From: Octopus sinensis
Lineage: Eukaryota
Reading direction: 5' to 3'
DNA length: 24,963 nt
Assembly: GCF_006345805.1 (NCBI RefSeq)
Contig: NW_021826123.1
Location: 1-24,963 of the forward strand
In this document: piece after piece, positions 1 through 11,428 of the stretch
Position numbering within the stretch: the first letter of the stretch is position 1
Layout of the letters: each line of letters starts with the position of its first letter
Made by a program: the position numbers and the translations under genes
The notes under the pieces: generated by a model
The model's input: only the letters and a program-made list of their open reading frames with translations
Databases searched by the model: none
What the model was told of the DNA's origin: nothing

Positions 1-117
1 CTCAGGGAAAATGGAAAAGTCTTCTACGTTTCGGAACCTACGCTCTTTTCGACCAGAAAGGAATAGAGAAATGGAAATAGAAAGAGAATGAAAAAATGTG
101 GTGTTTAGTGGTTCATA
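1..117 (-). mobile_element. Repeat fragment, probably a Penelope-like terminal repeat, with a degenerate hammerhead-like motif
   Basis: Aligns by eye with 18673-18775 (shared 'acgtttcg..cctacgctctt' and 'gaaaaaatgtg..gt.t.gtgg'). The minus strand reads ..GAGCGTAGGTTCCGAAACGTA. Confidence 0.4.
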
Positions 118-226
118 CAACACACACACCACACACACACACACACACATATGTATATAATATGAATTATATATATGTATATATATGTATATATATATGT
201 TATTATATACATATACACACATACAT

Positions 227-265
<39 letters not shown>

Positions 266-295
266 ACATATATATATATATACATATAAATACAT

Positions 296-344
<49 letters not shown>

Positions 345-349
345 CACAC
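118..349. repeat. Compound (CA)n/(TA)n/(TACA)n microsatellite
   Basis: Directly visible. It accounts for the ORFs at 96-368. Confidence 0.95.
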
Positions 350-427
350 AAATATAATAAGATCATAGACGCTAATTGTCGAACCACGTATCAGAGGGGT
401 TTCACATACTAGTGTAGCACAATCAAC

Positions 428-470
428 GGCAGTGCTGCAGCATGGCCGCAGCCTTTCGGTGTTGAAACAT
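428..470 (+). mobile_element. SINE 3'-tail fragment
   Basis: 'ggcagtgctgcagcatggccgcagcc..tgaaac' matches the tail GGCGGTGCTCCAGCATGGCCGCAGTC..CTGAAAC of the full copies (e.g. 16421-16460). Confidence 0.65.
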
Positions 471-899
471 TTTTAGGGATATATATATATATATATATGT
501 ATACATATATACACGCGAGCGGTATGCATACACACATATTATCTTGTTAGTTACCCGTCGTTCAACGGTGGGGATCCAATCGTTCAATGAAGAGAATTAA
601 CTTCCTTTTGAATCAACCATCCAACGAACTGAATGCAGTAATCCCAAGTTTTGGCCACAACGCCAGGACTGACTCTAGGAAATACAAAATGACATTTACT
701 CATAGTGTGCGTGCGCGCGTTGCGTTCGGAGAGGAAGAAAGAGAGAAAAGATGCACACGCACACGCGGAAAGCACGTGCACGCACGCACACACACACATA
801 TGGTTCTCCCTTCTTTAGATCGTTCGAAAATCTTAGTGAGTTCCAAGCACATTAAAACATCGCTTTTTTGCTCTGTATGTCGATTTTTAAGAAAGGCAT

Positions 900-1243
900 T
901 TCTGACTTTCAGTGCAGTGCATGACTATATCCTCCTCCTTCTCCTCCTTTTCCCCTTCTTTCCTCTCCTCCCCATCATCATCATCATCCTCTTATCCTCT
1001 AACCAGTGATTCCTTCTTCATCGAATGCCTTTCTGTCTTATTACTTCTCTTCGATAGTCACACATACTTTCATATGCTGTCTTTAACCCGCCACCCCTCC
1101 CACTTCATTCCCACTACTACCACTTTACAACCACCTCTCCAGTGATCCCCATAATGGTCGTCTTATTTTTTTGATCTCTTCTTCCTCCTCCTCCTCCTCC
1201 CCTTTCATTCAGTTTGGATCATTATCCCTCTTTCTTCGGTTTA

Positions 1244-1279
<36 letters not shown>

Positions 1280-1601
1280 ACCTTTCGCTCTCAATCGCTT
1301 TTATTACTCAAACAGTATTGAATTTTGCCATTCTTCTCTTTTCATCTTTTTGCCTCCAAACATACAAACAAGCATACACGCACAGACACACACAATCATA
1401 CACATGCGCACGCATGCACACACACATTTTGTCTACTTTTTGTCTCCCTTCTTTCTGTCTTTCTGTCTTTCTTTCTTTCTTTCTTTCTTTCTTTGTTTCC
1501 TTCTTTCTTTCTTTCTTTCTTTCTGTCTTTCTTTCTTTCTGTCTTTCTTTCTTTCTTTCTTTCATTCTTTCTATTTTTCTTTCTGTCTTTCTGTCTTTCC
1601 T

Positions 1602-1661
<60 letters not shown>

Positions 1662-1691
1662 TGTCTTTCTGTCTTTCCTTCTTTCTTTCCT

Positions 1692-1754
<63 letters not shown>

Positions 1755-1882
1755 CCCTGTCTGTGTGCGCCTTTGTCTGCCTGTCTGTTTGTCTTCTCTC
1801 TCTCTCTCTGTCTGTCTCCACCTGTCTCTCTCGGTCTCCCTCATCTCTTTCTCTCTCTGACTCCCCCCCCTCACTCCCTTCA
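900..1882. repeat. Pyrimidine-rich low-complexity tract including (TC)n and about 300 bp of (TTTC)n (~1445-1755)
   Basis: Directly visible. The SFFL/KKER ORFs are its translations. Confidence 0.95.
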
Positions 1883-2045
1883 AGTTACCGTGACCTCAGA
1901 GATCGGTTTGTGTTTGAAAACCTCTGTTCTGAAGCCAGAAGGCCTTGGAATTTACATTCACCTTCGTTATTGGCTCTCCAAATAAACCAGTACATCACCC
2001 ACAGCCACTTCCCACTTCACCCAAAGACTTGCCTTGCCGATCAGC

Positions 2046-2800
2046 TGAGAGAGAGCGAGAGAGAGAGAACAAGAGAGAGAGAGACAGAGAGGTAAATGAA
2101 TAAAGAGAGAGAGACGAATAATGGCAGGTTCTGAGAGGAGATACAGAGTGTAGAGAGAACCTAGAACAAGGAGAGAAAGGGAGAGAGTGGAAGCAAGAGA
2201 ACGGAAGGAGGGATAGACGGAAGAGAAGGAGAGATAGAAGAAAAGAAAGAAATACACAGAGACAGAAAGAAATAATGAAAGATATGGTCGGAGAGAAGAG
2301 ATGTAGAGGGATAAAAAGAATGAAAAGAAAGGAAGTAGGGAAAATAGAGAACTGAAAGAGTGAGTGAGTGAGAGAGAGAGAGAGAGAGAGAGAGTAAGAA
2401 TGGAGAAGAGAAAGAGAGAGTAGGAACAGAGAAGAGAGAGAGAGAGAGAGAGAAAGAGAGTAGGAATAGAGAAGAGAGAGTAGGAATCGAGAAGAGAGAC
2501 TAGGAATAGAGAATAGAGAGTAGGAAGAGAGAAGAAAGAGTAGGAATAAAGAAGCGAGAGAGAAGGAGAGAGAGATTAAGAGACAAAGAGAGAAAGAAAG
2601 AGAAATGGAGAGGGCAGAAAGGAAGAGTGAAATGGTGAGAAATAGAGTCAGTCTGAGGAGATATAGATAATGAGAATGAGAAGAAAAGGGTATGGAGAAT
2701 TAAAAGTAGGGAAAGAGAAGAACAGGGAGGTGGAGAGAAAGATAGAGAGGAATTGGGGTGGAAGGGAAAGAAGAGAGATTAAGATTAACAAAAAAGAAAA
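2046..2800. repeat. Purine-rich (GA) low-complexity tract
   Basis: Directly visible (GA)n runs and recurring GAGAGTAGGAA-like units. Confidence 0.9.
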
Positions 2801-3246
2801 AAAAACTCCAGTAATATTAGCAAGACGATCAAATCAACAGCAAAAGCGAAACAACACCAACATGAAGAGGGACAAACTCCGTTGAGAGTACAAAAGTGAC
2901 TTTAGTAAAAATCGAGGATCAATCGACTGTAAAGAAAGCTTGTCAGTCAACTGCTTCATCAAATGAAATGCAGCAAGTCGGTTCAGTCATGCATAGCAGA
3001 AACTCCGCATCAAAAAAAAAAAAAAGAAAAAGAAAAGCTACTATAAGAAAAGTAAAAAAAAAAAATCAACAGCTACAAAAATCAACGACAAATGAAGAGC
3101 CGAAAATACCGACAAAACAAGACAAAAGCAATAATCTGAGGGAGATGTTTCATTCATATTTAATTGTTGTTGTATAGGCCCAGGTCAAACATAATTGAGG
3201 TGATCTATGATCAAAGACATGCCAGGCATGTCCATCATGTCTTTAC

Positions 3247-3461
3247 ACACACACCACACACGCGCGCGCGCGCGCGCACACACAGATACACACATTTGGT
3301 AGTGCAGACATGACAGTGCAGTTAAGGTGTTCGTTTAGCAACCGTGTAGTTTCGGGGTTCAGTCCTATTGTGTGGCACCCTGGGTAAGTGTCTTCTACTA
3401 TTGCACCGTCCAATCAATGCTTTACGTATATATAAACAGTCTTGCTACCCCACTAACGTCA

Positions 3462-3500
<39 letters not shown>

Positions 3501-3674
3501 TACACACATTTGGTAGTGCAGACATGACAGTGCAGTTAAGGTGTTCGTTTAGCAACCGTGTAGTTTCGGGGTTCAGTCCTATTGTGTGGCACCCTGGGTA
3601 AGTGTCTTCTACTATTGCACCGTCCAATCAATGCTTTACGTATATATAAACAGTCTTGCTACCCCACTAACGTC
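3247..3674 (+). repeat. 214-bp tandem duplication, each unit containing a decayed SINE head plus CORE-like segment
   Basis: 'cagatacacacatttggt' has its G at 3285 and 3499, and the unit end 'ctaacgtc' falls at 3460 and 3674. Each unit contains 'ggggttcagtcctattgtgtggcaccctgggtaagtgtcttctactat'. Confidence 0.9.
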
Positions 3675-3765
3675 TTTAAAAGCTTTATAGACGACATTAG
3701 TAATAAGATATTCAATTTCTCTTCATCTAAGAACATTTTCAATAAGGCAGCCATCTATTTTAATA
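3675..3765 (+). mobile_element. Penelope-like RT C-terminal fragment, inverted relative to 3880-4560
   Basis: Translates as FKSFIDDISNKIFNFSSSKNIFNKAAIYFNN and aligns at DNA level with the reverse complement of 4193-4284. Confidence 0.65.
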
Positions 3766-3879
3766 ACCCAGAAATATTTGATAACACATTTCTTTACTAC
3801 AATATCCCATATATTTGCCTATTCGATCTGGTTAGCTCAATTGAATACGCGGCTGTCAAATAAAGAAAATGAAGCGAAA

Positions 3880-4560
3880 ATATATATTGGGTTTCTGAAG
3901 ATACATTTTCGAGTAGGTGCCTGGTATGAATTACGTCTAATAATATTTATCATTTTGAGGCAACTGTAGTTAGAAGCTTTCATAGAACGTCTGTTAAAAG
4001 TTTTCTTATACGTACGGCATTGTGAGAAATGCTTATCTATCAATGCTAGGAATTTTCTACCTACGTTTGTCTTAACATTCGAAAAGAAATGAAGAGGGTG
4101 AACCATATGATCTTTCTAAGTCTATGCTTAGGCTTCGTTCTTTTAATGGTCAGATTGCCATTTGTCTTCTCTTTGAAGCCACTGTTGAACAATATTATAG
4201 TAGGGAGTTGTCTTATTGAATAATTCCTTAGATGAGGAGAGATTAAATATCTTATTAACTAATGTTGGCTATAAGAATTTTAAAGGTGATTGGAGGGTGA
4301 CTTTATTGTTTATCTATATACGCAAGATTTTCATGTGGTTTATGCTAGGGCTTGTAAGAGTATAGATTTAGGTCCAGGGAAGCATCTAAGAAATCAACTT
4401 TAGGGAGGTCAGTGGTTACTGTGATTTTGATATCTACTTTGCTCATCTTTCCGACACGCAGACCAAATCACAAAATTAGCTGGCCACATCTGGGACATGG
4501 AGGACAAAAATATCCCACGCACCATCAAGTAGAGCAGCGATAAGCGATCTACACCATACA
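3880..4560 (-). mobile_element. Decayed Penelope-like retroelement, C-terminal part of the RT
   Basis: Minus-strand pieces KITVTTDLPKVDFLDASLD (4371-4428), SHPP, RKIIWF (4101-4117) and SNVKTNVGRKFLALIDKHF..TFNR..YSC match PLE motifs (FLDVTL, SNHP, IIWFNPP, KTNIGKKFLxLIDKHF). Stops and frameshifts are present. Confidence 0.8.
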
Positions 4561-4574
4561 TTAATGGGTCAAGG

Positions 4575-4694
4575 AGGAGTAGGAGTGAGAAGAACAGCAA
4601 CAGTAGTAGTAGTAGTAGTAGTAGTTGTAGTAAGAAGGAGGAGGAGAAGAAAGGAAGAAGAAGAAGAAGAAGAAGAAAAAGAAGAAGGATGATG

Positions 4695-4769
<75 letters not shown>

Positions 4770-4809
4770 TAAGAAGAAGAAGAAGAAGAAGAAGAAGAAA
4801 AAGAAGAAG
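4575..4809. repeat. Compound trinucleotide microsatellite (TAG/GGA/GAA/GAT/AAT/AAG), with a pure (AAT)n at ~4695-4768
   Basis: Directly visible. Confidence 0.95.
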
Positions 4810-5232
4810 TGCTCTTATATAACCGAAAGGTCTCATATCTCTTTTACATCTAAGAGCTCTTCCTACCTGCTGATCGGAAATTTTCACAAAATATAAGCAT
4901 CTCGACAAGTTTCTACGATGAAATTGGAGAACACCACCCACACCAAATTTGGAGAGAGTGATTTTACAAATTCTTTCTTTTCTTCGTCGGAAACCATTGT
5001 TAATTTCCCTTCGAACTGGCCAATGAGACATAACCCTTATCTCCCGTCTCTCCAAACTTTCCTCTTCCTTTTCTTTTTCTGCGGAAAATGTTGCTATTTT
5101 GTCCCAGATCAGTTATGATTGAAAAGATTTATAATAAACTATTCCAGCCGTGAACCTCTCATCTTTTTACTCCTTGATAAAAAAAAAAAAATCCAAGATC
5201 ACATTATCCGACAAATTAGTTTCAAAGACAAT

Positions 5233-5620
5233 ACTCTCTTTACTCTCTTTTACTTGTTTCAGTCATTTGACTGCGGCCATGCTGGAGCACCTTTAGTCGA
5301 GCAAATCGACCCCCGGGACTTATTCTTTGTAAGCCAGTACATTCTATCGGTCTCTTTGCCGAACCTAAGTGACGGGGACGTAACACACCAGCATCGGTTG
5401 TCAAGCAATGCTAGGGGGACAAAACACAGACACGCAAACACATACACACAATATATATATATACATATATACGACAGGCTTCTTTCAGTTCCCGTCTACC
5501 AAATCCACTCACAAGGCATTGGTGGCCCGGGGCTATAGCAGAAGGACACTTGCCAAGATTGCCACGCAGTTGGACTGAACCCGGAACCATGTGGTGGTAG
5601 CAGCTACTTACCACACAGCC
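5233..5620 (-). mobile_element. tRNA-derived SINE, major family (octopus OR-type, CORE-like centre), near full length
   Basis: On the minus strand: head GGCTGTGTGGTAAG..GGTTCCGGGTTCAGTCC (A/B-box-like), CTTGGCAAGTGTCC segment, internal TA/TG microsatellite, 3' body and TAAAAGAG-type tail. The family name is from memory. Confidence 0.9.
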
Positions 5621-6364
5621 TGCAATTTGAGGTTATCTAGCTGTTATTTCTAATAAATCGAGCGACCAAGTTCGGAGGATACTTTGTTGCTCCTGGACAA
5701 TTTTATATTCCCTCGCACTGGTTAATTAGTAGTAGTGATGGGGGGACGTGATGGAGATTTTTAAAGGGTTTAGGAAAGTCCCAGGTGATTGACGTAGATG
5801 TTGTTCTAAGAGTGGTGTTTGTTACTGTGTTTAGTGATAATATTGATGATGATGATGATGATGAAGAGGCGGATGAAGAGGAAAAGGAAGAGACGGAGCA
5901 TACTGTTGATGTTAGCAGTTGTTGGATGATAAAAAAATATATATATAAAAGTGAAAAAAGAAAAATATAAAATGACAGTAGAAGTGAGGGTCAAGGAAAA
6001 AATAATAGAAAAAAAAAAAAAACAGAAGGGATCAAGAAGGTAATGTGATCCCGAATTTATTTTCCGTGTTTATTTTAAATGGTAATTTTTCATTGAGCGT
6101 TTCTCTTCGGTAAAGAAGAAAGATTTCGGCGAATGAGTTTGAGAGAGAGAAATGAAAGAGATATATAAAGATGGAGGCAGATAGAGTGAGAGAGAGAGAG
6201 AGAGAGGAGGAGGAGGAGGAAATGAGAGAAAGAGAGAGTATATGTGCGGGAAGATAGAGGGGGGGAGACAGACAGTGCAATACTGAGAGTTGGAATAACA
6301 ACATGGCTTCGTATTTTTGTTTTGACTTTGTTATTTTTAGTCACATCCTTATGGTAAGAACCTA

Positions 6365-6384
6365 TCAACACACTCACACGCACG

Positions 6385-6442
<58 letters not shown>

Positions 6443-6558
6443 TACACACACACACACACACACTCACGCACACACACATACATTACTACCATCGCTAGCA
6501 CCACCAGCGTCACTGCCATCACCACCACAAATACTACTAACATGTTTACTACTACTCT

Positions 6559-6596
<38 letters not shown>

Positions 6597-6644
6597 TTGT
6601 TGTTGTTGTTGTTGTTGTTACTGTTGTTGCTGCTGCTACTGCTA
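6365..6644. repeat. (CA)n followed by (TAC)n/(TGT)n/(TGC)n microsatellites
   Basis: Directly visible. It abuts the LINE 5' truncation. Confidence 0.95.
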
Positions 6645-8546
6645 ATCTTGTTGCAAACCATCTAAAGTCTATATCACTAGCTTACCACCGTTCTCCATCC
6701 CAGTCACTGAAGATCCAACTCATAGCTGCCAGGAAGAATCTTGATGAGGCTTACTTGAACGCCGAGGTCGAATTTATCAATGGCAAAATTAGTAAACTAT
6801 CGAAAGAGCACATTAGTAAAAAACACCATCTCGCCTGGAAATCCATCAAAGACCTATCAGGCAAAAATTCTGGGTCATCAATTAGAATTAAAGGGGGATC
6901 AGCTAAGAAGCGTTTAGAAAATTGGTCAACCCATTTTAAAAAACCTCCTTGGGAAGAATGCCAAAATCCCTGATAACCCCACTTCCAAGTGTGCCTATAT
7001 ATCAGACACGCTGGACATCAACACCTCCCCTTTTACCATATTTGAACTAACAGCAGCCGCCAAGCAACTAAAAGCCTCGAAAGCATTTGGTCCCGACAAC
7101 ATTCCGGCTGTGATTTGGAAGGATGATGATAGATTCACACACTTTTGCTTAACCTCTGCAACCACACACTTTCCACCTTTGTCGCTCCAAAGATTTGGCA
7201 CCAGTCTCAAATCATTCCAATACCCAAAAAAGGCGATTTGTCCCTCGTCACCAACTACAGGGGCATATCTCTAATGTCAATTGCTGCAAAACTGTACAAC
7301 AAACTGATCCTAAATCGTCTTGTCCTTTTTGTTGAACCTTTGCTCCGAAGAACCAAAATGGATTCAGACATGGGCGCTCAACGCTGAGCCAGATACTATG
7401 CTGCGCAGACTTATTGAAGAATCAAAAGCATTTAGTCGCGATCTTGCAATGGTATTTGTAGACTTTTCTAAAGCGTTCGATTCTGTAGATAGGTGCAAGA
7501 TGTTTGAAATCCTTAAGCTCTACGGGATACCAGACAAAATTATTTCTGCCATCAAGGTCCTCTACACAGATACGTCTTCAACCATCTTAACCCCTGATGG
7601 AGAAACATTATATTCTCGATCGAGCCGGAATACTGCAGGGAGACACACTCGCCCCATTTCTTTTCATCATTGTTGTTGATTATGTGCTACGTATGTCAGT
7701 TGATACCATCTCTGGCAAGGGCTTTAAAAAAAACAACCAAGAAGAAGTTCCAGACACCCAGCTGAGTACTTGACAGACACTGACTTTGCTGACGACATCG
7801 CTCTTATCAGTGATTCTCTCTCCAATGCCCAGTCTCTTTTACAATCTCTTGAACAAGCCTCAAATTGTGTAGGTCTTTACTTAATGAGACCAAAACTGAA
7901 TACATAAACAAGTGCCTGTCCAACAGTGATTGCATCATCCACACTCTCAACAGTGCACCTTTAAATATGGTTTCTGATTATAAATATCTTGGGTCATACA
8001 TATCATCATCTGGAAAGACTGTCTAACTAGAAAGGGTATGGCCTGGTCAGCCTGTAATGACATGCATAAGATCTGGTCATCAAATCTAAGTAGAGACTTC
8101 ACACTTGAAATATTCAAAGCCACAGTCGAACCAATCCTACTATATGGCTCAGAGAAACCTGGACGTTATCAAAGAAGCTTGAGAGGCGGTTGGATGGAAC
8201 CTACACTCGCCTCCTTATGAGAGCTCAAAATCTCTCGTGGAGGCGCCATCCAACTAAAATGCAAATATATGGAAATTACCCCCTGTGTCATCTCTGTGAA
8301 GGGTAGGAGAGTCCAGTTTGCTGGACATTGTTGTAGAGCTGAAAAAGAAGTAATTTCTACTCTTCTCCTCTGGAAGCCATCTACTCGCAACACCAGAGGG
8401 CGCACACTCTCCTACCCTGATGTAATCTCCAGGGATACAGGCATCCAGCAACAGGACCTCCGTAATGCTATGATGGACCGTGAAGTCTGGCGCAACATGG
8501 TAAATTCCATTGTCTCGACCACGGTCGAACAATGATGATGATGATG
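6645..8546 (+). mobile_element. 5'-truncated RTE-group non-LTR retrotransposon: RT domain and C-terminus, endonuclease absent
   Basis: Joined frames give KAFGPDNIP, IIPIPKKGDLSLVTNYRGISL, NQNGFR, FVDFSKAFDS, GILQGDTLAPFLFIIVVDYVLR, DFADD (FADD at 7785-7796), YKYLGS, ILLYGSETW, RRVQFAGHC. The stop at 8533-8535 is the first unit of a (TGA)n tail. Confidence 0.95.
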
Positions 8547-8822
8547 TGTCCTTTTGTTGTTGTCGTTGTTGTTGTTGTGACCATCTCATCTCATCTTTTT
8601 TCTTTATTTTCTTTTCAGTCATAGTGTATCTAGGAACATATCATTTATTGTGTCCCTGCTTTGAGAAGCCACCACCTTGCGACTATCGAGAAGAAGACAC
8701 TAAAGGACATCAGTCACCCTGATTTCAGAAGATTTACGAGAATGGTGTGCAACAACTCCTCTGCCTAGATCTGAGCCGTTTTTCTATCAGACGGCACCTT
8801 TTACCGAAGGGCTTTCAAGAAG

Positions 8823-8966
8823 TCCGGGGGTTCAGTCCTACTGCGTGGCACCTTGGGCAAATGTCTTCTACTATAGTTCTCGGGTCGACCAAAAGCCTTG
8901 TGAGTGGCTTGGCAGACAGAAAACTGAAAGAAGCCGTCGCATATATGTATATATATTATATATATA

Positions 8967-9011
<45 letters not shown>

Positions 9012-9259
9012 TGTGTGGTTGTGTGTGTGTGTGTGTGGGGTGTGTGTGTTTTTTTGTTGTTCCACCAACATCATTTGACAACCGATGCTGGTGTGGTTTA
9101 ATACCGTAATTAGCGGTTCGGCAAAAGTGCCCGATAGAATAAGTACTAGGCTTTAGAAAGAATAAGTCCTGGGGTCGATTTCCTCGACTAAAAGGCGGTG
9201 CTCAAGCATGGTCCAGTCATATGACTGACCAAGTAAAAGAGTATAAGAGAGTGAGAGTA
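8823..9259 (+). mobile_element. Major-family SINE with 5'-truncated head (copy 1)
   Basis: Starts at the B-box 'ggttcagtcc', then the CORE-like segment, (TA)n(TG)n, 3' body and tail 'gtaaaagagtataagagag'. Confidence 0.88.
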
Positions 9260-9277
9260 TCCGTGTTTTGCAAACGG

Positions 9278-9360
9278 GCGCCGGCATGGCTGTGTGGGTC
9301 AAAGATCACTTTGTACCCTCGTGAATACGGTAGACGGAAACTATGTGGAATCTCGATTGC
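9278..9360 (+). mobile_element. Internally deleted SINE head fragment (second copy ~10804-10888)
   Basis: 'ggcgccggcatggctgtgtgg' joined to 'ggtagacggaaact'. Confidence 0.6.
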
Positions 9361-9367
9361 ACACACA

Positions 9368-9399
<32 letters not shown>

Positions 9400-9703
9400 T
9401 ATAATATATATAATATATATATATATATATTATATATACGAGAGATTGAGGATTAGAAATTCAATATTTCTTTATATATATATATATAGGTAACGTAAAA
9501 TTGCATGATGGATTGCCGTCATTTCATTCTTTCTTTCTTACCTTGTCTGTGTTTGCCTTTCAAGTGCTGTGTGTTTTACTGAGATCCCCCTTTAGTAGAA
9601 GGAATAGCTATATCTCTTGACTGCTATTCTAAATTCGGTGTGTTGGTGAGGCAATTCGTTGCTAACCCTTAATTACTAGTATATATATATATATATATAT
9701 ATA

Positions 9704-9931
9704 TCTGTAAATATAATATGTGACAATTATTCGGTAGCCATGATAAAACTCCCAGTTTCGGATGCCGAGGTGGAAATCTACACCGCCATCTCTTCTAGGT
9801 ATCTGGCCCTCAGAAAATGCTATCCGATGGCCAGGTAACTGAAGAGATGGCGGCGTGGATTTCCACCTCGGCATCCGAACTCGGAGTTTTATCATGGCTA
9901 CCGAATAGTTGTCAGATATTATATTTACAGA
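9704..9931. mobile_element. 228-bp foldback/MITE-like palindrome (copy 1)
   Basis: Arms 9704-9808 and 9829-9931 are reverse complements with a few mismatches around a 20-nt loop. It abuts a (TA)n tract on the left. Confidence 0.8.
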
Positions 9932-10344
9932 AAAATTCTTCTATTACATAATATCAGGTCTTTCATTCTTTTGTGGTCTTGCCATTTTTATCAATATATA
10001 TATACATACACACACACACACAGATACACACACATATTTATATGCATGTGTGTGTGTTTGTGGTTGTCACCGCCACCGCTTGATGACCAGTGTTGGCTTG
10101 TTAACGTAGCCCAGATCCCAACGTTTTTCTTTTCAGTCATAGTGTATCTAGGAACATATCATTTATTGTGTCCCTGCTTTGAGAAGCCACCACCTTGCGA
10201 CTATCCGAGAAGAAACACTAAAAGGACATCAGTCACCCTGATTTCAGAAGATTTACGAGAATGGTGTGCACACAACTCCTCCTGCCTAGATCTGAGCCGT
10301 TTTTCTATCAGACGGCACCCTTTTACCGAAGGGCTTTCAAGAAG

Positions 10345-10490
10345 TCCGGGTTCAGTCCTACTGCGTGGCACCTTGGGCAAATGTCTTCTACTATAGTCTC
10401 GGGTCGACCAAAGCCTTGTGAGTGGATTTGGCAGACAGAAACTGAAAGAAGCCCGTCGCATTATGTATATATATATTATATATATAATAT

Positions 10491-10539
<49 letters not shown>

Positions 10540-10788
10540 GGTGGTGTGTTGTGTGTTGTGTGTGGTGTGGTGTGTTTGTTTGTTTGTTCCCACCAACTCA
10601 TTTGACAACCGATGCTGGTGTGTTTACGATACCGTAATTAGCGGTTCGGCAAAAGTGCCCGATAGAATAAGTACTAGGCTTAGAAAGAATAAGTCCTGGG
10701 GTCGATTTCCTCGACTAAAAGGCGGTGCTCCAGCATGGCTCCAGTCATATGACTGAACCAAGTAAAAGAGTATAAGAGAGTGAGAGTA
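10345..10788 (+). mobile_element. Major-family SINE with 5'-truncated head (copy 2)
   Basis: Duplicate of 8823-9259. Confidence 0.88.
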
Positions 10789-11200
10789 TCCGTGTTTTGC
10801 AAACGGCGCCGGCATGGCTGTGTGGGTCAAAGATCACTTTGTACCCTCGTGAATACGGTAGACGGAAACTATGTGGAATCTCGATTGCACACAACACACA
10901 CACACACACACACACATCATATATATTATATTATATATATATATATACGAGAGATTTAGAAATTCAATACTTATATATATATATATATATAGGTAACGTA
11001 AAATTGCATGATGGTTGCCGTCAATTCATTCTTTCTTCTTACCTGTCTGTGTTTGCCTTTCAAGTGCTGTGTTTTTACTGAGATCCCCCTTTTAGTAGAA
11101 GGATAGCTATATCTCTTTGACTGCTATTTCTAAATTCGGTGTTTTGGTGAGGCAATCGTTGCTAAACCTTAATTACTTAGTATATATATATATATATATA

Positions 11201-11428
11201 TCTGTAAATATAATATGTGACAATATTCGGTAGCCATGATAAAACTCCCAGTTTCGGATGCCGAGGTGGAAATCTACACCGCCATCTCTTCAGGTATCTG
11301 GCCCTCAGAAAAATGCTATCCGATGGCCAGGTAACTGAAGAGATGGCGGCGTGGATTTCCACCTCGGCATCCGAAACTCGGAGTTTTATCATGGCTACCG
11401 AATAGTTGTCAGATATTATATTTACAGA
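11201..11428. mobile_element. 228-bp foldback/MITE-like palindrome (copy 2)
   Basis: Duplicate of 9704-9931. Confidence 0.8.

Noticed and set aside
1171-2095. Long ORFs of 141-256 aa (SFFL/KKER repeats)
   Set aside because: They are translations of the (TTTC)n/(TC)n tracts, which lack stop codons.
2670-3177. Lys/Arg-rich ORFs
   Set aside because: Driven by A-runs and purine-rich composition; no domain recognised.
3175-3236. Weak similarity to 5100-5160 (cccag.tca..tatgatcaaa..ccag..tg)
   Set aside because: Probably two old repeat fragments, but too short and diverged to call.
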